NCBI RefSeq assembly: GCF_963921235.1
Contig: NC_086104.1
Coordinates: 151,032,001-151,096,000 of the forward strand
From: Mobula hypostoma
Lineage: Eukaryota
DNA length: 64,000 nt
Direction of reading: 5' to 3'
Shown here: piece after piece, positions 14,599 through 26,121 of the stretch
How the letters are laid out: the number at the start of each line of letters is the position of its first letter
Numbering within the stretch: the first letter of the stretch is position 1
The notes under the pieces: model-generated
What the model was told of the DNA's origin: nothing
Database searches by the model: none
Seen by the model: only the letters and a program-made list of their open reading frames with translations
Translations under genes and position numbers: made by a program

Positions 14599-14634
14599 AG
14601 TCCTGACGAAGGGTCTCGGCCTGAAACGTCGACT
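14599..14634 (+). ncRNA. Minimal type I hammerhead ribozyme motif in the Penelope terminal repeat
   Basis: AGTC-CTGACGA-AGGGTCTCGGCCT-GAAA-CGTC-GACT: core CUGAnGA/GAAA, stem I AGUC/GACU, stem II AGG/CCU, palindromic ACGU stem III, GUC cleavage triplet. Confidence 0.7.
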
Positions 14635-15335
14635 GCACCTCTTCCTACAGATGCTGCCTGGCCTGCTGCGTTCACCAGCAACTTTGATGTGTGTTGCTTG
14701 AATTTCCAGCATCTGCAGAATTCCTGTTGTTTGCGTCTAAGGCAAGGAATGTGAGGATAGATCAACAGCAGGGGGTTCCCAACCTGCTTTTTAAAAAAAA
14801 GCCATGGACCCGTACATTAATCGAGGGACCCGTGGACTCCAGGTTGGAAACACTGATCTACAGGAAGGTTGCAAGTAAAAAACTGCTGACCATAGGTTTT
14901 AATGGATACATGATGTAGAATTAAGAGTCACAGATATCAGAACCTTCAGTCACACTTACTGTACAAAGTCAATGGAGTGGTTCCACAGTCTCAAATGTGA
15001 AGAATGCATTGTGATCAGCAAATATTGTACACAAACTGAAAGTAGTGCAAATAAATGTTCCACCTGGGAGAAAAGTTAGGCACCTTGGACAGTAGAAAGG
15101 CGAGTGGTAAGGGATATGTTGCACAGATCAAGGGAAATAATCACCGTTAAACAATGGAAAAGGAAGGGCAAAGAGTAAAACTGGGCACCCAGCACCATGC
15201 CAGAGCAGACAGAACAGCAGAGCGCAGCGGGGGTAGAAAGCAAAGACAAGTCGCTGTGGTTCTGAAGAGGAGGAAAATGGACAAGTGCTAAAGTCCAGAA
15301 AATGTTCTCAGACAAGTCGTGCAAAGAGAAAGATA

Positions 15336-15862
15336 CACTCAGTGTTCACTTTATTAGGTACAACTGCTTGCTAATGCAAATAGCCATTCATGTGGTAGCA
15401 ACTCAACGCATAAAAGCATGCAGACATAGTCAAGAGGTACAGTTGTTGTTCTCACCAAACATCAGAATAGGGAAGAAGTGTGATCCAAGTGATTTTGACA
15501 ATGGAATGATTGTTGATGACAGACAGGGTGGTTTTGAACATCTTAGAAACTGACCTCCCTGAACTTTCACTCACAAGTTTCTAAGATTACAGAGAATGGT
15601 GCAAGAGAAAAAAATACCTCCAGTGAGTGGCAGTCCTGTGGGCAAAAATACATTGTTAACGAGAGAGGTCAGGAGAGAATGGCCAGACAGGTTCAAGCTG
15701 ACAGGAAGGCAACAGCAAGTCAAATAACCATGCATTACAACAGTGGTGTGCAGAAGAGTGTCCTTGAATACACAGCAGGTCAAACCTCGAAGTAGATTGG
15801 CTACTGCAACTGAAGACCACACTGGGTTCCACTCCTGTACCTAATAAAGTGGCCACTGAGTA
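15336..15862. mobile_element. Tc1/mariner-derived non-autonomous element
   Basis: TA|CACTCAGTGTTCACTTTATTAGGTAC ... GTACCTAATAAAGTGGCCACTGAGT TIRs. Confidence 0.82.
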
Positions 15863-17645
15863 TGCACAGCTACCAGTAGAGAATCAGCATTATGGCATAT
15901 TGATGTGCCCGAGATGAAGAAACCAGAATCTTTACTGGAAAACTAAAAGGGCAAACCAGTCAAAGAGACTGAAAGTCTTGAGACTCACAGTTAATTTGAT
16001 CCATTACCAGGAATAGACAATAGAGAAAAAAAAATGGAGGTTGGAAGCAATTTTCTTACAGCTTGGAGACAGAGGGCGAGAGCAGGTGAAGAGCACAAGT
16101 AAGGCCATCAATGCACAGGAGAAATTCATAGAGCCAGGGCTCCCAGCCTTTTTTTTAAAAAAATGCCATGGGCGCCTACCATTAACCGAGGGGTCTGTGG
16201 ACCCCAGTCTGAAACCCCTACCATAAACAGCCTAGAAAGAATAGGATGAGGCTGGATCCACATTATTCACCAAGTAAAACCCCTTTAGCAAGAATGAACT
16301 GAGTCGATGAAGCGGTTTGGAATGAGTACAGGTTCAGACAGGCAACAGTGGAAGGGGGCCATCAGAACTCGGGTAAAGAAACGAACCACATCCTGCTAAC
16401 CCGTAACTCCTGAATACAAAGACATAGACTGTATAATGTGCCATGGACAATGAAAATAAAATCTCATTCCCAACCCAGAAAGCCAAACAGAAACGATGAC
16501 AAAAAAATCTGCAGATGCTGGAAATCCAAGCAACACACAGAGAAAAAACAAACAGAAAATTAGTCAGTCCTGAAGTTGATGTGAAGTACAGGTCCTCAGA
16601 AAATGATAAATTATTCCCAGCACAATTTAGAGAATTTCAATAACAAAGACAAGTCTCTCCCTATACTGACTTCATTTATAAATTAAGATACCTGAAATCA
16701 GTTAGAATGCAGTGCAAATTAAACATGATGTTCAAAACACAAGTAACTTAACCCTAACAACCTGAGCAACTTAAACTTATTACAATGTCCCTGATATCAA
16801 AGAAACATTTTAAATGTGGTACCAGGGAGCCCTTGTTGAAAAGAATTATGAAAAAATCTCTACTGGTTGCTGAAATGCTTTGTATAAGTAAGATTGTTGT
16901 AGAGGTTTTGAGGGGGGGGGGGAGGGAAAATGGGGTCTCTGCTTCAGAACATTTCTCCAGGGTAACCTTCTCAGCCCAAATACCATCAATGATCAAAAGT
17001 GGAATAGTGATGTTTACTGACAAGTGTACAATATCAAATTCCTACTGCAGCTCCCCAGAAAATCACCTCCATCCAATTATTCTTGAGCATCTTCCATCAG
17101 AGGCACTAGACTCCCTACCACTGAGAAAACTTTCAAAAAACAATTCCTCAAATAGGTGGCACCCATCATTAAGGACTCTAACCAATTGTGACATGTGTTC
17201 TTCTCATTTCTACCATCAGAGAAGAGAAGCAGGCCCCTGAAGACACAAACTCAACATTTTGGAATAGCTTCTTCCCCTCCGCCATCAGATTTCAGAATGG
17301 ATCATGGGCAGCACCGCGGTGAAGTGGCTAGCACAACACTTTACAGCAGCAGTGACCTGCGCTCAATTCCCACCACTGCCTGTAAGGAGTCCCTACATTG
17401 TCCCCGTGACTGTGTAGGTCTCCTCCCACAGCCCAAAGACGTACTGGTTGGGAAGTTCATTGGTCATTGCAACTTATCCCGTGATGGGGTTGGGTTAAAT
17501 CTGGGATCGCTGGGTGGCGTGGCTCACAGGGTCAGAAAGGTCCTCAATAAAAATTAAAACCCATGAACACTACCTCACTACTTTTTGTCCAAACACATTG
17601 CAAATGATGTGAAGGAAGATGCCAGGAGAACATCTCCTATCTTTA

Positions 17646-18311
17646 CACTCAGAGGCCACTTTATTAGGTACACCTGCTCGTTAATGCAAATATTTAATCA
17701 GCCAATCATGTGGCAGCAACTCAATACATAAAAGCGTGCAGACATGGTCAACAGGTTCAGTTGTTCAGACCAAACATCAGAAAAGGGAAGAAGTGTGATT
17801 TAAGCGATTTTGACCATGGAATGATTGTTGATGACAGACGGGGTAGTTTTGAGCATCTCAGAAACTGATCTCCTGAAGTTTTCATGAACAACAGTTTCTA
17901 AAGATTACAGAGAATGGTATGAGAAAAAAAAATACATCCAGTGAGCGGCAGTTATGAGGGGAAAAAACAGAAATTGATAGTTGATGCCAGATGGGGTGGC
18001 TTAAGTACCCCAGGAAGTGCTGTTCTTGTGGGATTTTCCACACACAAGTCTGAGGTTTACAGAGAGTGGTGCGGAAAAACAACAAACGTCCAGTGAACAA
18101 CAGATCTGTGGGCAAAGACACCTTGTCAACGAGAGAAGTCAGAGAATGGCCAGGGCGGTGCAAGCTGACAGGATGGCGACTGTAACTCAAACACACGTTA
18201 CAACAGCGGTGTGCAGAAGAGCATCTCTGAACGCACAGCACATCAAACCTTTAAGTGGATGGGCTACAGCAGCAGAAGACCACGAACATACACTCAGTGG
18301 CCACTGACTGT
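17646..18311. mobile_element. Tc1/mariner-derived element of the same family (internally rearranged); partial copy at 61415-61610
   Basis: Same TIR (CACTCAGAGGCCACTTTATTAGGTAC) and same internal sequence as 15336-15862. Confidence 0.78.
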
Positions 18312-18568
18312 GTACATCACCAGCATCTTCATCTCCTGTTTGCCAAAACCCTGTGGTTGTTATAAGCACATGAACATCCCCTACGCTTAAAAGCTAAGCA
18401 TGAACTTCAACCACAGGACATCAGACTACGGCCTAAGAGACTTCATCTGAACTGGATTATCTGTGGGCTACAGTATTCTGCAAAACCAGAAAAAGTAATC
18501 CTGCTTAGAAGCACAATATCTTTAAAGTAGGTATCCCATTTTTCTTCAAAACATGCCTGTTGTTTCAC

Positions 18569-18630
18569 TATATATTCAGGCGTTTCTCATCATCAGGAGT
18601 ATATATTCAGGCGTTTCTCATCATCAGGAG
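18569..18630. repeat. Perfect 31-bp tandem duplication
   Basis: TATATATTCAGGCGTTTCTCATCATCAGGAG twice. Confidence 0.95.
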
Positions 18631-20006
18631 TTGTCATAACAAAGTGAACTGGGCATATACTAACTAGGTAATTCAGAGCCAGCCAGTTTCCACAAACCTC
18701 AGTCGTATTTCTCTACAAAAACACACCACATTAAACAAAACTCCGACTTTCAAAATAAATTGAGTTCGAGATTCAATAGGATCTCAAGATTGTTATTATA
18801 AACTTTAATAGATATTTGCTATGATTTCCAATTCTAAGTAATGCATGGAGTAATCTGACCTTCACTTAATATTTTTATAATCACACATAACACCTACCCA
18901 CAAATGGGTGAATCTGTGGAAATCGTTGCCACAGACAGCAGTGGAGGCCAAGTTACTGGGGTAAATTTAAAGTGGAGGTCCCTGACTAGTAAGGATGTCA
19001 GAAGTTATGCGGAGTAGGCACAGGAGAATGGGGTTGAAAGGGATAATAAATCAGCCATAATAGAAAGGTGGAGCAGACTGAACGGGCCCAATGCTGTACC
19101 TATGTCTCTTGGTCGCAGGAAAATGCAAACAGACAACTGTTAGTAATAGGCAAAGGACAAAGTCAAGATTAGTAAATTCCAGGAAGTAGGAATGACAGAG
19201 AACAATGATTGAAACCCAAGGCAATTTATTTTGAAGAGTATTAATACAGTACAAAGCAGAAATGGACACTTGCAGCTGGAAGCCACGTTATTTTGGGGGT
19301 GGAGGAACTCTTACAAACACATCACCAATATGTACACAATAATCAAAAGAATATAAATGAAGAAATCAAACGTAATACAGTTCTCCCATCTTCACCAAAA
19401 TGGAAATAGAAACAAAATACATTTCAAACCGTTGTTATCTATAAGACTGCAACCATAGATTGCTAAACGAACGCCTTTTAAAACAAACTGTAAGATAGTA
19501 TTTCTTCAACTTGAGAAATGAAATTGGGATCAGAATCCCAAAAGTCAAAATCAAAGTGTATTTTCTAGCCATTAAAAAGAAGTATCAGTAATATTTGTTG
19601 AACATGAGAAGTGGAAACTGGGATCAGAGACAACAGAGTTCCAAAGTCAAAGATAAATTTAGATTTGCGACTAAAACTATGAATATTTGTGTCACGGGAA
19701 GTGAAATTAGAATCACGTAGAACAGAGCTCCAAAACTCAAGTTTTTTTTTTGTTTTAAATAGGGAAGTTACCAGGTAGAATAGTGTTTAATCAACAAAGG
19801 CACAAATGCAGCAATAGGTTAGGGTATTAACCGGTGCATGGCGCCTCAGAAGGAGATGCAGCCTCACCAAGGGCAGCAAGGAGAGAGAAAGCCCGAGGTG
19901 AAGAGAAAGACAGAGAGAGGTACAGGCCCAAAGTTACCACAGTTCTGCAGCGGAACAGGAAGAATGGAGGAGCCAGCCTGAGTCACAGCTGCCTACAGAT
20001 ACTTAC

Positions 20007-20020
20007 AAAAGGAAGCTCAT
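20007..20020 (-). CDS. MOB1A: MOB kinase activator 1A, coding exon 1 (MSFL + 2 nt)
   Basis: Reverse complement reads ATGAGCTTCCTTTT|gtaagt. It joins the 2895 acceptor in frame to give MSFLFGNRSNRTFKPKK, the MOB1 N-terminus. Confidence 0.92.
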
Positions 20021-20159
20021 TTTCTTCTAGTTTGCGCCACTCAAAAATCACCAGAAAAGACGGGTTAGAATATATCTGGCACAGACATTCCAATCCGAAC
20101 CACTTTAAGGAGACCAAAAGCTGCTTTAAAGCGTCAACTGCAAAACCTCCCCGTCAGAA

Positions 20160-20800
20160 ACAAAAAAAAACTTGACCAACTCTCCCACCACAGGCCACGG
20201 AATCTCGCGAAACTTGCCTCAGCGAGTTATTATGCAAAGCAAGGCTTTTTTAATGGCACCCGACGCACCCAATCAGAAGCTGCATCCCCTCCAGCTAATG
20301 GGCGGGGTGTATTTTTAACCAATAGCAAGAGGCGGAGATGGGGACGGTTTGGGAAAAAATACTTTCCCCCTCCCCAAGAATCCCAGAACCAGAGTTTATT
20401 ACCGCGTGCTTTTTTTCCCTTTTCAAGAAAGGGAGTGTAAAAAAAAAGTTGTCAAGCGGTTAAAACAAAAACAGGCCTGTTGATTGACATTTTGACAGGC
20501 GGATTGTTATAAGAAACGTCAAAAACGTGTCCCCCTATCAGCGCAGGGACGAGGCGGGCTCTGTGGCCACTGTTTTGATGAGGAGAATATTTTGGGAAGA
20601 AAATTATAAATTGTTTGAAAAGCTTTGCTTAAACGATGTTAAGCTGAAGATTTTCTTTAGTTAAAAGACCGAATACGTACGTGTACATAGAAATAAAACG
20701 TAATAATAACCGTAACTGACGACGGCACAGGGGTTTATTCTGACGTGCTGACGTAAGGACGCTGTGCGCGTGGGGCAGACGTTGAGCTGCGCGCTAAAGG
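20160..20800. promoter_or_regulatory. CpG-enriched divergent promoter between MOB1A and the hnRNP H-like gene
   Basis: TCTCGCGAAA 20203-20212 (9/10 to TCTCGCGAGA), CCAAT at 20269 and 20319, GC box GGGCGGGG 20300-20307, tandem TGACGT CRE-type sites 20741-20756. CpG density is high relative to the flanks. Confidence 0.7.
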
Positions 20801-20936
20801 TAGGGTGTTGTTTTCAGCTTTCCCTCAATTGTCTGCTTCACGCCGACCGTCGGTGGGTTTTTTTTCCTGACGCGAAGCGGTGGAGCGAATATGTTTTTTA
20901 TTCGGACGAGAGGGAGAGAAAGCAGCTGAAGCTAAG
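20800..20936 (+). other. Probable non-coding exon 1 of the hnRNP H-like gene (start uncertain)
   Basis: Lies in the CpG island downstream of the CRE sites; AAG|gtcggg donor at 20936/20937 followed by G-runs. Exon 2 has an acceptor at 22486 upstream of the ATG, so an upstream exon is needed. Confidence 0.45.
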
Positions 20937-21031
20937 GTCGGGCTGAGCGAGTGGTGGGTGATGGGGGCGGGAGGCTGGGGGCGTGGATGTGGCGAGGGCC
21001 CGGACTCCAGGACGCTGCGTTGTGAGGCGCG

Positions 21032-21043
21032 GCCGCCATTTTG
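21032..21043 (+). promoter_or_regulatory. YY1 consensus site GCCGCCATTTTG
   Basis: Exact match to the long YY1 motif just downstream of the presumed TSS. Confidence 0.6.
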
Positions 21044-22519
21044 CGGTGCGCCGCTGTGTAATGGACGGTGGTGGCGCCGCGTCCTCCCCTCACTCGACGG
21101 CTTTTCGACCCGTTACCCCTGTCCAGCCATTCCCCAGGGCGCCAGGTAGAAAAGCGGCACCGTTTGAATACCTGGAGTAGTTATTTAATATTATTTATTT
21201 AAAATTTACATTTGTTTTCTTGTGCACTCTGATCTCTCATTGATCCTGTTATAATTGCTATTGTATAGATTTGCGGAATATGCCCACAGATAAATGAATC
21301 TCAGGGTTGTATATGATGACACTGAAGTACTTTACTGCTTTCCCACTTCTTGAGGCTGTTCTGTTTCGGGAATCATTTTACGTTTCCCCGCAGCGCTTAC
21401 CGTTCTATCGCAACTAAAACTTGATTTCAGTGTTATAGTCCTGCAAGTAATCTGTACTTTGGCCCCTCCATGATATTTACCTCGACTTTGCTAACTGAAT
21501 CTCTTTCCCACTGGAATATCTACAGATCCACTTTTGAATGTATTTAAAACCTGAGACTCGGATTCTGGGGATCGCTACCTGATCGATGACGATCTTTTTT
21601 TCCCCATGTTTGTTGTTCTTTGCAACTGTTTAGCGATTCTAGACTAAGTTAGTTAATTCGACCCTAGTTCTTGTAAATGACTATAGGAACTAACTCTTTT
21701 GGGCGATCTTTCCTTTCTCTCTCCACGAATTTGGTTGCTCTATATATGCAGTGCTATGAGATCTGAGCGATCGTATTAGGACTCCCATTTCATTGCATTA
21801 AAAAGTCTTCCTCATGCATGCAAGTCCTTTTTAAAATAAAACGTATTAAGACACTGCCTGTGCGCGTTAAAATTATGTTTTTGCAGCACAATCTGGAGCT
21901 GATGTAAAGCAGTTTAATCTTGGCCCAAACTTTTTACCTTGGTAAACATTTGCCATCTTAAAATTTTGTGTCATTTGTCAGGCCATGAGGTGTTTATGCA
22001 TTCTTTTAAATTCTGTTAAAGTGGTCATCTTCTTGTTCAGTTTGACAGTTATAATGCCTTTGGTTCTCCAGAGTTTTTATTTGCATTTCAATTGTTTCTA
22101 TTCTATAGATTTTTTAAAGTATACCCACAAGGTAATAAATCTCAGAGCTGTAACTTACGTACTTTGATATATGAAATTCTTCAGTTCTTGACCTTCCCCA
22201 CTCACCTGGCTTCACCTACCATCTTCCAGCTAGCCTCTTCCCCTTCCCCACCACCTTTTTATTCTGGCATCTTCCTCCTTTCTTAGTCCTGAAGAATGCT
22301 TTTGGTCTGATGCTGTCTGACCTGAGTTCCTCCAGTGCTTTGTGTGTGTTGCAATAACATTTATTTTCAACTTTGAATACTTTGTTTTGTTTTTAAAAAC
22401 TATTTGCTTGTAAAGTACATTTAATATCTTGATTTTTAGAAACATTGTGGAGCTGCAGACCTGATAACTTAACTTTTTTTTTCCAGACGATTTTTAATTG
22501 ATCAGAATCGTGCATTCAA

Positions 22520-22598
22520 ATGGAAGAAGATTACATTGTCAGAATTCGTGGACTTCCATGGTCCTGCACTGCAGATGAAGTGTTGCGATTTTTTTCAG
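22520..22598 (+). CDS. hnRNP H-like coding exon 1 ([26 protein letters not shown]), start of qRRM1
   Basis: ttttccag acceptor at 22486, ATG at 22520, TCAG|gttttg donor; RGLPWSC motif. Confidence 0.88.
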
Positions 22599-22845
22599 GT
22601 TTTGTGAATTTATTCTTAATGGTTCGGCACTTGAAATTTTGGAATCTGAAGTTTGCTCGAAAATTTAAATAGAATGAATGTTTAATATATATTTGGACCA
22701 ATACTGGAGGAGGCCTTATGGCCTATCAAACACCTGCTGCTTTGCATTCTCAATAAGTCCATTCTCCCTCTTTATTTCTGTGTAGCCCAACCATTTTCTC
22801 CTGTCTTACAAGTTGATTTTTTTTCCAATCATACTTGCCAGTAAT

Positions 22846-24430
22846 TATAATCGAAATGGTGCTGGAGGACTGGAAAATTGCAAATGCCACTCCACTCTTT
22901 AAAAAGAGAGGGAGGCAGAAGAAAGGAAATTTTAGGTTAGTTAGCTTGACTTTAGTGGTTGGGAAGATGTTGGAGTCTAGTATTAAGGATAAAGTTTTGG
23001 AGTTACTTGGAGGCACAAAGACAGCATCATTTCCTTAGACCTTGCCTGACAAATCTGTTGGAATTCTTTGAGGAAATAACAGGCAGGATAGACAAAGGAG
23101 AGAGTCAGTGTATGTTGATTTCTTGGATTTTCAGAAGGCCTTTGACAAGATGCTGCATGTGAGACTGCTTTACAAGATGAGAGCCCATTGTATTATAGGA
23201 AAGATGGATAGAAGATTGGTTGACTGGCAGGAGGGAAAGGGTGGGAATAAAGGGGGGCATTTTTTTGGGTTGACTGTGAGTGACTAGTGCGGTTCTTCAG
23301 TGATCGCTGTTGGGACTGCTTTTCACATATGTCAATGATAAGTGATTGAATTGATGGCTTTGTGGCAAAGTTTGTGCGTGATACACAGGTGGAGGGGCAA
23401 ATAGTGTTGAGGAAGCTGGGAGTCTTCAGAAGGATTTGGACAATGGGCAAAGTGGCTGATGGAATATAGCATAGGGAAGTATATGGTTGTGCACTTTGGT
23501 AGAACGAACAAAGTCGTAGACTATTTTCTAAACCGAGAAAGTCAAAGGTGCATAAGAACTTGGGAGTTCTTATGCAGGATTCCCTGAAGATAAACTTGCA
23601 GGTTGATTCGATGGTAAGGAAGGCAAATGCAATGTTAGCATTCATTTTGGGAGAAGTAGAATATAAAAGCAAGGATGTAAAACTAGGGCTTCAAAAGGAA
23701 TTGGTTAGAGTGTACTTGGAGTATTGTGAGCAGTTTTGGTCCCATATCTAAGAAAGGGTATGCTGCCATCCAGAGGAGGTTCATGAAAATGATCCTGGAG
23801 ATGAGGAGCACTTGATGGCTCTGAGCCTGTACTTGCTGGCGTTCTATAAGAATTTGGGGGGGAGCCTTATTGAAACCTGTTGAATGTTGAAAAGCCTAGA
23901 CTGAGTGGACATGGAGAGGATGTTTCCTGTAGTGGAGGAGTCTAGGACCTAAAGGCGCAGCCTCTGAATAGAAATACACATCTTAGAACAGTGGTGATGA
24001 GGAATTTCTTTAGCCAGAGGGTAGTGAATCTGTGCAGTTCATTGCCACAGACAACTGGATGCCAAGTCACACTCTCAATGCGCTGGAGGAACTCAGCAGG
24101 TCAGTCAGCATCAGTTGAAAAGATTAGTCGACGTTTCGGGCTGAAACCCTTCGTCAGATTTCGGCCCGAAACGTGTACTAATCTTTTCAACAGATGCTGA
24201 GTTCCTCCAGCGCATTGTGAGTGTTCCTTTGACAACAGCATCTGCAGATTATTTTGTGTTTTGGATGCCAAGTCATTGGGTATATTTAAGGAGGATGTTA
24301 ATAGGTTCTTGATTAGTAAGGGCATCAAAGGTTCTGGAGAGAAGGCAGGAGAATGAGGTTGAACGGAGTATAATGGGCAGACTTGGTGGGCTGAATGGCC
24401 TAATTCTACTCCTATGTTTTGTGGTCTTAT
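22846..24430 (+). mobile_element. CR1-type LINE ORF2 remnant
   Basis: LEDWKIANATPLFKK..KKGNFRLVSLT; CLTNLLEFFEEIT; KANAMLAFI; LEYCEQFWS; RNFFSQRVVNL; multiple frameshifts. Confidence 0.88.
24070..24261. mobile_element. Miniature fold-back Penelope-derived element with 14-bp TSD, nested in a CR1
   Basis: TGGATGCCAAGTCA at 24056-24069 and 24262-24275; inverted arms; hammerhead core on the minus strand at 24126-24157. Confidence 0.82.
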
Positions 24431-24640
24431 TTTTCTCCTTTTTACAACTACCTGCAACCTTTGGTACCTCCAGTATTAGAGGCCAGTAGGCTAGTTACTA
24501 ACCAGTATTTGTGTAGATTCACAGTTCCCATAATGGCCTTTGCTTTTGATTTTTTTTGATTCCGAATGCTATATGATGTTTTGTCTTGTTCCCATGTTGC
24601 TTTTTCCTAAAATCACAGGCCAGTAATTAATTGTTTACAG

Positions 24641-24796
24641 ATTGCAAAATATTAAATGGAACTGCTGGGATACACTTCACTTATTTGAGAGAAGGCCGTC
24701 CAAGTGGAGAAGCTTACATTCAGCTGGAATCCAAGGATGATATAAAATGTGCCCTTGCAAAAGATCGGGAGAGCATGGGGCATAGATACATTGAAG
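24641..24796 (+). CDS. hnRNP H-like coding exon 2 (qRRM1)
   Basis: tttacag|...GAAG|gtaagc; [52 protein letters not shown]. Confidence 0.93.
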
Positions 24797-26121
24797 GTAA
24801 GCTTATTTTAAGTTGTAGGCTTGCCAAGGCCTAAGTTCAAGTCCTTCATTTACTGAATTCCTTGTGCTTAATGAAGTAATGAGTGAAACAATATTTCTGT
24901 TTGACACATCAGTAAATACTTGAGTGTTGTGGGACTATTGTTTATTTCAGTGATCTGACTATCTTCCCATTTTCTAAATTCCATGACTTGCCTTTATCCT
25001 AACTTTCACTCGATCCAGTTCATCCTTCTATACTCGTTGACCTACAGTGGTTTCTGCATGCTTAGTTTGAATCCAAAACTTACTTTAAGATAACTCCTGG
25101 GCCTTGCCCCTCCCTTCTTTACCTTTTCCGGCCCAAGGTGCTGCCAGATGAATAATGTCTCCATTTCTAACCTTGATGACTTTCATTCTGCTGGGATAAT
25201 TGTTTTGGGTGGGGGGGGGGTGCAGTGGAATAATTGTCCATAGGTATCAAGACTAATTTGGACAGTAGACTTGCTTCACCATGTTGCTTAAACCCTATTG
25301 TTCTCTTGTTTCCGGATGTTTGTGTAACTGGCGCCTTGGTGATTGTGGATGAGGTGCTGGCTGTTATAAAAAGGCATCGTACTATTTATCTGCTGTTTAA
25401 ATATGGGGGGATATGTAATGGAATTTAATTAGAAAGGAAAATGATACATGTACTCGCATACATTAGTGACCCAGCTGGAAACCTGACATGTTTCTGTTAA
25501 AACAAATGCAACTGTGGCCTATGAGTAGCTCAGGATTTGGCATAAGTTCTGAATGCTTATTGAATAATTAGTTAATTTGCAATACATAAATTAAATCAAG
25601 AATTGAAAATGGAAATGCCTGTTGCATAGTGGGGAGGAGGGCTTATGAATGATTATACAATCTGTATTTAGCCTTCAGAGAAGCTTGATTTTAGCTAGCC
25701 CGTTATTCAGCTCTGTAGTAAAATATTCAAATGTTTTCATTTAAGCAGCTGGCATTGAAATCACAAATTAAATAAGATTTAATTCAAGTTTAGGTGTACA
25801 TGTCAATAGAATTAACTTTTGCGCTGGTGGTGGGATGAGTAATAAAAGTTGTCTGTAGGTGGAGTGTGACGTTTACTTGGTCCTATTGAACTTGTTTGGC
25901 ACAGATGCAGGAAGGGATTGTTGGTGAAATGGAAAATTTCAAGTATACAGTTTAGTTGTGAGCTGTTCAATATAGATCAATTTTAAACTTGTAAGGATTT
26001 GTTTTCTATGCTAAATGTATTTGTCTGTCATGGGAATGCTTGGATCATTAATTCAGGCATAGTTCTTGTCATAGCGAAGAATAGTTTGTTTAGATTTCAG
26101 TATTTCAATTTGTATTTGCAG

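Larger units (their letters stand above)
13388..14736. mobile_element. Penelope-like element, fold-back (inverted) insertion with 13-bp TSD
   Basis: GIY-YIG endonuclease C-terminus (VIYCVRCSRCGLLYIGETRRRLGDRFAEH); arms 13386-13964 and 14117-14695 are reverse complements; CTAAGGCAAGGAA at 13375-13387 and 14737-14749. Confidence 0.9.
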
